From Phoronis australis (Eukaryota > Animalia > Phoronida), in NCBI GenBank assembly GCA_002633005.1, contig NMRA01000163.1:218071-282070 (forward strand): 64,000 nt of DNA, in the 5' to 3' direction. Below the pieces are notes generated by a model that saw only the letters and a list, made by a program, of their open reading frames with translations, searched no databases and had not been told where the DNA came from. The stretch's first letter is position 1, and the number at the start of each line of letters is the position of its first letter. Below are positions 12,101 through 24,400 of the stretch, in pieces. The translations under genes and the position numbers were made by a program.

Positions 12101-14783
12101 GAATTTGAGCTCCTGACGTACTACTGAAGTTTGAGTACACTGTTGGGACACTCTGTGAAAATGACAATAGGAGATCAGTGACCTGCATCATTTTCAATAT
12201 TTTGTTTACTATATTGTGTTGTTCGGTTTGCCTATTACTTGACATCGCTTTGTTATACATCTCCATCATATCTAATGTGACTTTTCACTTTTGTTGTACC
12301 TTCAATATTTAGCTCTGACACCCCGACTAATTTTGATAATCCCTAGTTCTCCTAAATGTTGTTGTGTATCTGAAGTAAATCTTGCCAATTCATGTAACAT
12401 GTTTAGTTTGTGTTGTAAAAAATGTTTTCTTACAGATATAACAAAAGACAAAGTTGAAAGGTACCTGAACCGAATCAGACTGATTTATTCTAACTTAGAC
12501 TCTGAGTTCAAACACGGTAGTGATATTGGTAAGTTCTGTCTTGGTTGAGTGAAGGTTAGGTAGTTACATATAGGTTGGTTTATAAGTTTGTAATAACAAT
12601 ACTAGTAAAAGTAGAAAATACTCGTCAATCTTGTTGGTCAATCTTGTTCGGTAGTTTAGGCAGTACTGTGATTCTCACAAGAAAATAAATGATATTTCTT
12701 CTCGTTGAAGATTGGTGAAATTTTGAAGCAAAATTTTCAAGCTGTTTCAGTGAATTGTTTTTATCTGGTTTCCATCCAGGCATTCACCAATTTGGATGGA
12801 GCGAGATGAATTTTGACACAATTCATTAACTTTATTGAATATAAGCATAAACTAGGATTGTATGCTTTTCAGTTTACCCAATACAAAACTGGCCTGTGAT
12901 TAATTTATTAATAAGATTTCAACTCAAGAGTAAGGTTAGTCAAGGCCTTGCCCCGACATTGCTGCATTTTACCACTCTCCAGCAGTCAATTCTTAATCAA
13001 AGCAATATTGCTCTCATATGATCTTGAATTATTGTTTCATGAGCGGCCAACTCAAGTCACAGGTAATGCGTACAACATGTGCCATTTTGCTCCTATTAAA
13101 CTATGAAGTGGTTTTTGAGTAGTAGTTGATTTTGAAGTTCTACTGGGTAACAGAATCATATCCCTGTGAGAAATTTTATGCAACTGTTTTTATGAGGGTA
13201 AAAGGCCTGTTAGTTTGATTTTCATTTTTAGCCAGCAAAACTGGGTGAAATGAATTGTTAGGTTGTGCTGATTATGTCAGCAGTCATGTTAGACATCGTT
13301 AACTAGTTGCTGTCCCCATGGTGTAGCGTCAATGATTGTCTGTAAGTTAGCTGTATCAATACCCAAATTTCATTTTTTTCGACAGGTAAAGTCACGATTA
13401 TGCTAGACTGTAAGTTCAATCTAGATGATGTTCCTATCGGCCTTGCTTTGCAAAAAGTGACACCCTTCAGATTTGTTTGCAACCGACTATGGATGGAGAC
13501 TATACCAGATGTTAGTTTGGCCTTCTCACAGATACCAGTGGTTCTCAATTCAGAAGTGAGCTATCTTGTTTCCACACAGAGTTCATTGCATTGTGTTAGG
13601 TATTCCAATTCCGTGACTTGTAGTGTGGTTGTGCAACTAATACCACCATTTTTGCCTCCTTATTGGATTTTCCAATACGTCGAAGGGCTCTTGGTACTCA
13701 TTCTGTAAAGCCTCACGCTCAACTCATTCAAGTGGGTATGTGAGTTAGTAGGCAAGCTGTTACTGTATTGTTAATTAATGCCTTGACTTCTTGACGTGGC
13801 AGTTGGGTAAATGAATGTAAATGAGATTGTCATCGCATTTCATGTGCTGTCTCCCTATTGTTTGTGCCCCCTTCCCTGATTGTGTCCCCCACGTCCATCA
13901 TCACCACTGTTGGTTTGGTAACCAAACTTGTCACAGTAGAACCATGAATGTTCTGATTCAGAAGACCATCTGAAGACAATAACTTGCTTGATTTTGCTTG
14001 AATGCTGCTTCTAAGGGTTCATCAGTTATTTATCTGTTTCAGCTGATCACCCATTTTGAAGTGGAGAGCCAGCTTATATCTCATCAAGCACTTGTCTTGG
14101 ACTCTTTGTTAGAAACGTTGGTTTGTCTGCCACACTTGACAGCTCTCGGACTTCCTGGAAGCATTGATACAGAGATGCTGGACAAATCAAACTGTGAGCG
14201 AATTGGTGAAACTCTACAGAAACTCACCAATGTTGAGAAGCTGAATTTGTCTTCATGCAACCTTCAGAACCATGCCAAGATAGTGCTGGGCAGAATGGAA
14301 CAGACATTGACCTATTTAAATTTGAGAGATTGTCGACTCACAGAATTAGATATGTGGTTCATACTGCAGTGGCAGCCACTGTGTGGTCTCCGGGAATTGA
14401 ATCTCAGTCGGAACTGTTTGCAAAGCATGGAGTATGCGATTCACGCTCTTCTCAATGACATACCTTTGTTGACCTGTTTCTCGATCTCATTTTGCCAGTT
14501 AACAATCCCAGCTTTGTGCCGCATTGCTAGACAGTGCCTCAGTCTGCAGTGTTTGAAGGTGCTCAGTATGCAATGTTTTGTACCTCCACCGTATGAAGAA
14601 CTGCACAACATCCTTTACGACTGCGTGCAAGTGGAGACTCTGCAGAAGTGTCTTCTGCTACCAGCTGCCTATGCTTTTCCTGGAGGAAACGAAGAGGCCA
14701 GAGAAGAAAACAAGTTCAACCTCCTTACTGCTTGTTACCATTATATTGAACGTAAAGGACGGCGAGATCTGTTCTTGGAATGA
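9171..14783 (+). CDS. LRRC14/PRAME-family leucine-rich repeat protein, about 542 aa, 6 coding exons
   Basis: Exons 9171-9352, 9737-10077, 10886-10987, 12436-12528, 13386-13555 and 14043-14783 all have GT/AG boundaries and sum to 1629 nt in frame. The protein has a PRAME/LRRC14-like N-terminal box (SPRSLSAMCTYKL...LPSALYPSML...LVSTWP) and C-terminal LRRs (LNLSSCNL, LTYLNLRDCRL, LRELNLSRNCL). A likely 5'UTR exon donor is at 8322|GTGAGT and an acceptor at 9132. Confidence 0.85.
11520..11840 (-). repeat. Inverted copy of the 6810-7135 repeat, downstream of a Tc1/mariner-like terminus (TACTGGGTGTCCCAAAA near 11147)
   Basis: Reverse-complement similarity to 6810-7135. The TA+CTGGGTGTCCCAAAA word resembles mariner TIR ends. 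Confidence 0.55.
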
Positions 14784-15620
14784 TGTAACTAAAGGCTTGA
14801 TCTTTTGGTCAAGGCTAAAACCAATCATGGATACTTGCTTTTTGTTTGGTGTTGGAACCCTGATTCAGTCTATTAAAACAGCTTCAAGCCTGCCTTCTGT
14901 CACAAAAATCAGCTTTTGATTTCACACATCCACCCACAGTTATGAAATTCATCTCACATTCTTTCTGTGGTAATGGATGTGATTCCTGGGCTTGGAAAGA
15001 AGTAACTGCTCGACAACAGTGGACAAGTAGATTTGTCATGTGCCATATGGTCTCGAGCAATAATGAGGCATGGGTTCTTTGTAACACCAAAATTCATTTC
15101 TCATCGCAATAAGGAACAAGCTGAGACTAATTTTAATTGTTCTGTGCTAGACGCTTCGAGATGATTCTTTCGCCAGGAATTGTTGAAAAGATATTTTTGA
15201 CGAGTTTTGCGTTCTATGTTGCTTTAAAGGTTTAGAACAGCTTGAATACTTGTTTATTTGCTTAATCAAGGACCACGGCTATCCCTGTGATTCCATGGTT
15301 GCTAGGGAAACATGCCCTCCTGGATTCTCTTTGTGACTCACATCTTAATGTTTTTGTTGATAAGTGCTTTTGTCTTAAAGGTGAATATTGAATATTAGTA
15401 ACTCACAGAACCATTTTTTATCACTCGGAGTGTTTAGTATTGTTTTAAAATACAGGTGTTGGTTTATATCACCTCAGTGTTAAGGTTTGTGATGCTTCAT
15501 CTAGCTTTTTCGTTGGGTATACTGTACTGAATTTCTGTTGGCACGGCAACATATCCTTGGTTATTTGGTAATTGCACCATTGATTCAGTCAAGTTTTTGT
15601 GCATTTCTTATTCTCCCCCC

Positions 15621-16727
15621 TTTTTATGCGCCCATGTATTTATATGTGGACGCATTATGCTGTCAACTCCGTCTGTCCGGCGTCCGCTGCTCTATCTCCA
15701 AAACCCTTTGACATAACTGAGTTCATGAAATTTTGCACATAATATTATGTTCCTACCATGGATGGGACGGCATGAGCAAACTTTCGGACGGATCCGACAA
15801 CCGGTGTGCCCCTAGTGGCATTTTTTAGTTTTTTACGCTTACCTCTATATCTTCAAAGGTCCTAAACGTATTTTCATATAATTTGGCATATAGGCATCTA
15901 TTAGTGAGATGACGCTATCCTCCCGTTTTCGGATAGATTCGACTTAGTTTGCGCCACCTAGTGGCCATTTTTGCTGTTTTCGAGTTTGTTTTTTTTTGGC
16001 GTCCACCCCTCTATCAACCAAACCGCTCTAAGGATGATTGTGGAAATTGGCATGTATGTTTTTATTATGAAGGGGACGGCTGACGATGATTTTCCGACTA
16101 TTTCGACTACTGTGGCGCCTCCTAGTGGCAGTTTCGTCTCTGCGCCCATGGCTGTATCTCCTAAACCGTTGGTACGATCTTTACTAAATTTTGCAAGTGT
16201 ATTTATATGATTTTGACAATAGATGACGACGACTTTCGGACTGATCTGACTACAGGTGGGCCCCCAGTGGCAATTTAATTTTTTACGTTTGCCTCTGTAT
16301 CTGCAAAGCTCCTCAACGTATTTTTATTAAATTTGAAGAATAGGCACCTATTGCTGAGATGAAGCTATCTTCTCATTTTCGGATGCATTTGGCGTAGTTT
16401 GCGCCATCTAATGGTCATTTTTACTGTTTTTAATCTGTTTTTGGCTTCCACCCCTCTATCAACACACAAAAGATCACGGTGAAAATTGGCATGTATGTTC
16501 TTACTTCGAAGCTGACGATGATTTTCCAATGACTTTGACTACTGTAGCGCCTCCTATTGGCAGTTTTTTACGCCAATGGCTGTATCTCCTAAACGGTTTG
16601 CAGCATCTTTGCTAAATTTAGCAAGTGTATTTATATGATGTTGACAACGGATGACAACAACTTTCGGACGCATCTGACTACCATTGTGCCCCCTAGTGGC
16701 AATTTTAATTTTTTAGGCTTACCTCTG
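15621..16727 (+). mobile_element. Non-autonomous Helentron-associated element (HINE/DINE-1/pearl-like) with internal ~145 bp core repeats
   Basis: Starts in a T-run, followed by a short inverted repeat (ATGCGCCCAT...ATGTGGACGCAT) and a GTCY-type microsatellite (ccgtctgtccggcgtccg). Seven CCTAGTGGC-like anchors follow at about 140-165 bp spacing. Reverse copies lie at 32557-33107 and, older, at about 20100-20520. Confidence 0.72.
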
Positions 16728-16786
16728 CAGGTACCTTGCCGATCAACTCTTAACTGTGGTGTTGACGACTTGCAGTATATCATTAA

Positions 16787-18441
16787 AGGGGAATGCCACC
16801 CGATTTAATTAGACTTTTTTGCCGTCTTAATCGGTCTATATCCTCATCGCCTCGCATACGGTCGACCCTACCTTGCCAAGAGGTGTCGCGTTAACCTGTG
16901 AGGAAGGTGAGAAACGACGCTAGCGACGTCAGTGGTTCATGTGCAGAGTGAATGCCGCTATGCTGCAGTGCATCGTTCCCGCTTGTCCGAACTAAGCAGC
17001 TGCGAGGAAAGGGGGAATATCGTTTTTTTTACTTCCTCGAGAGTCCGAAATGCTTAGGAAGTGGCTCATGGTAGTGAAGAATGAAATGTACGCTGTAAGT
17101 AGCAAGTATGAGACCGTGAAACATCTCTGTGCCTGCAGGTGCCTGCAGACGTAGACAGTGCCTGACGAATACCGGCTTACCAAATAACTCCATGTGTTCC
17201 GTTGTCTGAGCTTGTTCACGGCGCATTTCTAGTATTTCTCCATCACTGTATTCCTGTTCGAATTGATAGCCTGTTAAACTTAACGCTCCACCTGCGAAGT
17301 CGGGACTGATGAGCTCTAGCTCCTCTTAAGTCGGGATTGCGACTGAGTTGCCATGTTGGCGTTTATTACTGAGCTTTCTGTTTCAAAGTGAATTATTCTC
17401 ACCCTAACCAATACTGATATAAAACTGAAACAAAGTGTGTCTCATTAGATGCAATTTGTATTGCCTTTGGAGTGTTCGTGAGTGCAAATGATTTGAGAAG
17501 CCAGCAATGAACTGCATAAATCACTGCGTTACCGGCCTTTAGGTGCAATAAAACTAATTGACGGGACACCTATATAGGCCGTGTGAGCTCTTGCTAATTT
17601 AGTGTAGCTGGCAGAAACTGTTGTGAAACAACTCGATTTCCATCCCACGGCCAGGTGTTTGGGAAATCTTTATTTACATTTGCATTACTCAAATAATCAT
17701 TGTCAATGTACAACTTCTGCCCTGACGGTGCTGTGGCCAAAGCGGAACCTGAATTCGCGGCCCCCGACGAGTAAGTAGATAAGCAGTTTCGTGGCTAATT
17801 CACCAACATAATCAGGTGCACATTACTTTGGCTCAGTAGTATAGTATTTTTCGACTGAACTTTGGCTGGTTTATGTTCGTGTTGTCTGATCACTTTCCAA
17901 GCCACTGGCGGGGATAACGAGTCAATCCGGCCTGCCACGACGGGCCTGATCGGGCTCCGAGCCACTTGCCAGGCTAACAAGCGTTTTGTGTTTAGAATTC
18001 AAAAAATCACAAGTCTAAACAACACAGATCTAGGTTTTCCTGTCTGTATCTCACGGAAAATACTTCGAAATTATCTCCGAACATACCCCAAACTCCTGCT
18101 ACGGACCTTATTGGCCTGCCGAACTTTGTAGGCTACGGTGTGTCCAAATACCAATAAATCCGTAAGAGCGAACATGTTTTTATAAGAAATCTGTGTATTT
18201 TTAAGGGTTTTACATCGAAGTTTGATGATTTATTGGCGTTAAACGATGACTTCAAGCGATAACCTGACACCAGTAACCCGTGTTGTGAAATGCTGAACAG
18301 ACTGCGTGTGAAACCGATGACGTCATTGGATAATTTCAACACCTCCGTCTGCCGTCAGGCGTCAGGTAACGCAACCGTACGTGTCGTTAGGGATCGATCT
18401 AAATTGATACAAATTAGGTTGTTTTGGGGTGGCATGCTCCT
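16787..18441 (+). mobile_element. Kolobok-type non-autonomous DNA transposon, copy A (1655 bp)
   Basis: Flanked by TTAA at 16783-16786 and 18442-18445. TIRs are AGGGGAATGCCACCC / GGGTGGCATGCTCCT (5'-AG...CT-3' termini, not piggyBac CCC). It holds a frameshifted THAP remnant from ATG 16952 and minus-strand GYQFEQEYSDGE at 17271-17236. Co-linear with copies B and C. Confidence 0.85.
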
Positions 18442-18486
18442 TTAACACCGTTCTCGAAAGACGTTGTGCTAACTCCAGTTTGCTCT

Positions 18487-21400
18487 TCAAGAAACCTGAT
18501 TGGTGGGTCGTACAAGAAGGTCGTGAATCTGTAATTAAAATCGATTATTTAGTGAACTATTCTACTAGTAAATTCCTGGTACGAAGATCTATTAAAGTAA
18601 ATACATAACAGTGTTTTAAAAGTAAGTGTTTATTCCCTGTTTATTTTAATACCTATGTAAACACGTAGTACTAAGTAACTTTTTTCATTTTCATTTTTCT
18701 GACCGCACCAAATTTTATAACGACCCAAACTTGTCGTTATGGATAGAACGCTAAGTGTTGGGAGTTTCTAAACCTCCTTGTGTATATGTATCTAGTACAT
18801 CAAATGCAAAAATGGAACATATTTACCTCCACGTGCGGTGGTGATCCGAGCATGTATACAATGTTATCAGCCATGTCCTCGGGCTTAAGAGTCTGAAAAC
18901 AAAATAAGATGCCGCTGCAATATATTTTTTAGTGTATTCATGTAAAAATATCTTTAGAAGTTTGACTTCTTCAGCAACTGTTTTGGTTTACAGTTTTGAA
19001 ATCTTCAGCTTGGAAACTGCATTGTCCGAAAAACTCCGACAATGCCAAAATGGAGACATCTAGTCTGTTACACTATGCTACCTGTGTCGCTAGTTGCGTC
19101 ACAACGGTCAATTACGCCCTAGCTAGGTTTTGATTTTTTGATTATATCTTTATAAATTCTGACTAAAAATACAGAAACCAACAAAAATTCCAGGAAAGAT
19201 CGAGATGGTTAAAATTCGAGCTTGAAACATTATGAAATCCATTTAAAGGGCTTGGTGTGGATGTACTGTACGTGTAATGGTTACTGTAAACAAATATGCT
19301 CAACATGTGTATCGCAAACAACAAGGAGCGATTGTTATTTTAAACAGTCCACCTGACGGGTCGTAAAAAGATATACCCTCCTCAAATAGGAAGACATTTG
19401 CCATATTCGCTCAATTTAACGGACAGGGAGGTGGACGATGAAGAATAAACAGCTGCCGGTGCGAAAAACTAAAACTGTCACTGCGGCGGCACCACTGTAG
19501 TCAAACTAGCTAAAAATCATTCTTAGACCGGGATCCCAGAGCTTTTTTGGGCATGAAAAGGTAACCAATTTTTTAGGTGCCACAGTGCTCTGTGGGTACG
19601 TTGATGCTTGGAAACTGGTGGGCGTGGTCAGGGGATCCAGGAGGATGACCCTCAAGAACTAAGCTAGATCAACTTTTCTGGTAACCACTTCAAACTGCCT
19701 TAGATACCTACTACGTAATCCACTGTATCAAAATTGGTCACTGCCAGACAATTTCATCGGTGGGGAGTATCGGCCAGACGGTTATAAACAAGGCAAAAAA
19801 TTGAGCTAGATCAATCCAAGAGGTAAATGCATGAAACCAGTTGCAAAATATTCACCGTGAGCCCAGGTATTACGAATGAACACGGCCAGACAAATCTAGG
19901 GGTGGGTTAGCTCCGCCAGACACCCCCAAATACCTGAGTTGAGTTAGATCAACCCACCAGGTAACCGTTTGAAACCAATTGCAAGATGTTTAGCATCACT
20001 GTACATGGCCCAACAGTTAGATGCCAGACAATTTCAGTCGTCAAATCCACGTGAAAACAAAAGATCTCATGGCCTTTTAATCAGAAACCTATGATTTGCA
20101 AAATTTCATAAAGAGGTAGTCATGTCCGTCCAGAAGTCGTCATCAGTTTTCATTTTCTTACAAATACACTTGCAGAGTTTAACAAAGATCATGCAGAAGC
20201 CTGCAAAACTGCTTCTATGAGGCACAACAGTAGCCGGAGTCGTCCGAACTAAAATCATCGTCGTCGACCCTTTTCCTGTAGGCAAATAGACGACAGTCAC
20301 TGTTTTCCTCAGAGTGTTTTGGCGCAGAATAAGTCGAATCCATCCGAAAATGGGGAAAAGAACTGAAATTGTCACAAGGAGGTACATGTACAGCTGTGGT
20401 CGAGTCCGTTCGCCATCCACTGTCACGTTTATAGAAATACGCTTGCCCCAAGTTGCACAATGATCCTGTATGGGAAGTACGTAATGTAGTAGTGGATGCC
20501 GGAGGGACGGATGGACGCTGGGGCGAGCTGACAACAACGTGCAGCTACATGTGTAGATACATGTACATGTATAAGGCAGCACAAAATGCAGATCAAAAAT
20601 TAGGCCACGAGAACGACCCCTCGGACCTCTAAAAGTACGTGACACATAATCAGTTTCCAAACCTTTCAATGGTTTTTGGGTATAAGAAATCCGAGGGCCA
20701 GTTTTCGATTAGTGGTTGCCTAGTAACGTTAATGCATCACGTGTACACGCTATGATATTTTAGTTGGAACAGGTGCACCCGATGCTGAACTTAGCCTAGG
20801 AATCTAGAACCGATTGCTGAACAAATGAATCGCCTGGACTACAGACCTACAAAGTGTTATCACCAAGGGCAGAGTATTGTTGGTTATTTAACTCACGGGT
20901 CGAGAGTCGTACGCGGCCTGACATGCTTCTGCTGAGTCTCCTGGTCGAGCCCTGGGTAGGAATTCCGTCTCCACTAGACCAGGGCTTAATTGCTGCAAAA
21001 GACTGCGACATTGATATACAAATAGCCTCGACATTTGCAAAACGTATTATATCTGCGTTAATCGTACATCGTTAAATGCGCGTAATTAGTCCCATGCGCC
21101 GGCAATAAGCAACGCTAAGCCAATACGCAGAATCGGGCTCATTCATTTTTGTGTGAAACGTGTGAGAAAATCCGAAATTTTTCGAAATTTTGCAAGTAAC
21201 GCTTGCTGGATTGGTTACAAAGTAGTACAAATTAAAGTGTATTCATCCTGACAGTAAGCCTCCAATGAACTGTAGGACTACCAACTGAACTACCAACTCA
21301 AAAAGCACTCGCGAGCACTCTAGACTCAGTTCACATTAACAAAGAATGTGCCAACCTTGAGCGAAGTACTTACGAGCAGAAAATAAATCGTCTGTGAAAA

Positions 21401-24400
21401 AATGTAACATTGTTGGTTATTAATTACTTGCACGAAGTCGCCATTATGCTGGAGAATGAGGTTTTATGTCCAAAGTATAGTGGTTCTGCTTGTTTGAAAC
21501 GCGCGCTCTATCACGTTTGTTGCTAAAACGAGGCATTGTGTCCTCAACAACAATGCGCAACAATCGTTTTTGTAGCGCAACCAAAGTGTACAAGTAGTGA
21601 ATAGGAGAGAGGATAAATACACTCATGTGCATGCTTGTATCTATAGCAAGTCTGTTCTAAAATGGTCAATAGATTGCGCAGCTAAAAACTGATAAAGGAC
21701 CTTAAATATCGATATTTGCCTTGACACCAATGGACTTACCGAAACGCGAATGTTCGATTTGCGTTCTCGCAATTCTCTTCTGAAGCCTTCTGTTAAGGCA
21801 CGCACAGCAAACTTGGTTGCAGCATAAAAGTTATTTGTCGTACCTGGTACTCGATGACCTGACAAACTTAAAAGAATGAAACTGTGTGAGAATTCACTCC
21901 ATACATTGGTATATGACGATATTCTGCCATGCTGTGTAAATCCAGGATAGGTCCCAACAAAGATTTTAAGGTAGGAAGTCCAATTTTTCATAATGCCGGT
22001 AGGTTGTTAACTTAAATTGTGTGGCCAGACAGGCTTTAGTGTTGAAGCTCATATCTTCCTTAAAGCTGACCCCTCGACTTAAATGCACCCCACAGCTCCT
22101 GTCTGAACTCAGCTGACAGCAGCAGTCCGGCTTGCACGAAATAAAGGGCCTGTATTTCAGTTTGCCGAAGTCGAGCAGGAAGGACACTGAACCAGTTGGG
22201 TTCTCCCACCTGATACCCCGGGTTAAATTTTTAATTATCCTTTTTATATTCTGAATTGTTCTATCCTCGAATTTTCCTTAACAATTTTGAAAACATATGA
22301 ACATACGAGACCAATCGTTAAATTACTTAGTTCGGTCAGGTGATAATGACAGATGTTTATTGATGTGTTGCTTTATGACGCAATTTAGACCAGCAAATAG
22401 GAAAAAACAGCAGAGTCATATTACATGGTCAAAAACTTCGCTATTCATGGGCATTTTCCCCTTCAGATAACCACGGGCTTTTTATTACTTGAAACTTTTA
22501 CAAAGCTATCTGTTAGGATTAATAGGTGTGCGCTGACAAAATTGTTACTATAATGATTGTGGTTTGCTCGTTATGCTGACTTTGGTAGGTTAGAATTGAC
22601 CAGATCTATAACCCTGTAATGATAGTAAACGTGCTTAGCTCAGTAATTCAAAACGTAACGTAAAAACCTGTCTCCTAATTGTTGTAATTATTTTTAATTT
22701 TGGTGTTTTAATTTTGGGCCTGAATCGCCAAAATGACGTCAAACTAAACAGTCAAGCTTATAGCCGGTGAGAGAACTCGTGCCCGATCATGCAGTCGCAA
22801 AATGGGCCCCTTTCATTCATGCTATAATCTTCTAATATGGTCTGACCCACTCCCTATAAGGGGATATTGTATTTTCCCAGCCCATACCCTGCCAAAAATA
22901 TAGTGAGACTGGGAGAATGGAGAAGCTTCTTNNNNNNNGGGGGGGGGGGGGGGTGGCAATGGGTTGACGGGCCGGGGCATCCACACAGGGAGACCTACAT
23001 ATACTATTAATGAACTTTTTTTAAATGGTGATTGATTCAGTTGCATTTAAATTGAATAAGTTTCCATTTTATGTTTCATCTTTTTTACTTTTCTGAGTAC
23101 TAGGGTCATGCATTTGAGTAGAGAGTGGAGTATCCAATAAAAATTCGCCCGGAGTATCATCAAACCTCTGCATAGTACTGCGTTTACACAAAGTTAAAAT
23201 CGCAACATCCTTAATCTAATCACAAAATCTTTGACTAGTTTGTAGGTATCTATTTTTTGGAAATTACAAATGAATTCATCAGATAGTGTATATGTAGCGC
23301 AGTGCAAACCTTGACACGTTGATGATATGGCCGTCGTCCACACCTCGTTTGGTCATCGACTTTACCGATTCTCTTGTACAGATACACAACCCGAGTACAT
23401 TGACCTGGAAAAAGCGAAACAAAAGAGTACTTACTGTTGAAATTGTTCAATGGTTTGAGAGGCATTCACAGGAAACATACAATAATAACTGAAATCCGCA
23501 GGTATTCCGGGATCATATCAAGAGACTTGGTCCAAACTTTGTCTTTCGAAGTTTATGATGAAGATACATGTAATTCAGTTCGCACGAATCTGAATTTTGT
23601 ATGTAATAAATGGAAGACTGAGTATCAATCCTTTTACTCAGATTTTGTTCCTGAATTTTCGTTTGATGATGAATTTTATAAGCCTAATAGTTTACAAGCC
23701 AAAGAATACATTGAAGGTTTAATGTCGTCCTCTGATTACATATGCAATGACGAACTGAACTTTGACATTACTGTTCAAGAAGTTCACAGAATTATATCCA
23801 AGGCAAAGCCTAACAATGCTGTATAGGTATTGACCATATCCCCAATGACGTTCTTAAGCATCCGGCGGTGGTTGCTACTTTACATAAACTATTTCAAGCT
23901 ATTTTTGTTTCGCGGTATTTTCTCTCAGTATGGTTGAAAGCCAATATTATTCCTATTCCGCAAGGTTCAGACAAGGATCCTCGTATTCCGTTAAATTGTA
24001 AGGGAATCAGCCTGCTTTCGTGTGTTTATAAAATTTATAGTGGTATTCGGAATGCCAGGATATCGTCTTATGTTGAGAAGTATCGACCGTGTTTTATCAT
24101 TGGTGTCTATAATTCAAAACAGGAAAAATGAAAACCTTCCCACATTTGTAACATTTGTTGATATGAAGAAGGCATTTGACCGTGTAGATAGCGATTTATT
24201 ATTTTATAAATTTCTGCTAAATAATATTGATGGTCAGACGCTTAATGTCACAAAAACTATTTACTCCGATCTTGTGGCTCTTGTTCAGATTTCTAGAAAT
24301 TCTGCCACTGATTGGTTCCCAAAAGGTTTTGGTGGACGCCAGAGATACGCTTTCTCCGACTCTTTTTAGTCTTTTTATAAATAACTCTATGATAAACTGA

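Noticed and set aside
16787-18441. piggyBac assignment for the TTAA-flanked element
   Set aside because: Termini are AG...CT rather than CCC...GGG, and the coding remnants are THAP/KolX-like, which fits Kolobok better.
20106-20669. 187 aa and 81 aa minus-strand ORFs
   Set aside because: They run through a diverged HINE-like copy and its microsatellite, so they are not credible genes.
22932-22956. Poly-G tracts next to Ns (also about 37483-37498) as G-quadruplex elements
   Set aside because: Adjacent Ns indicate unreliable homopolymer sequence, and similar G-runs occur inside the small MITEs.
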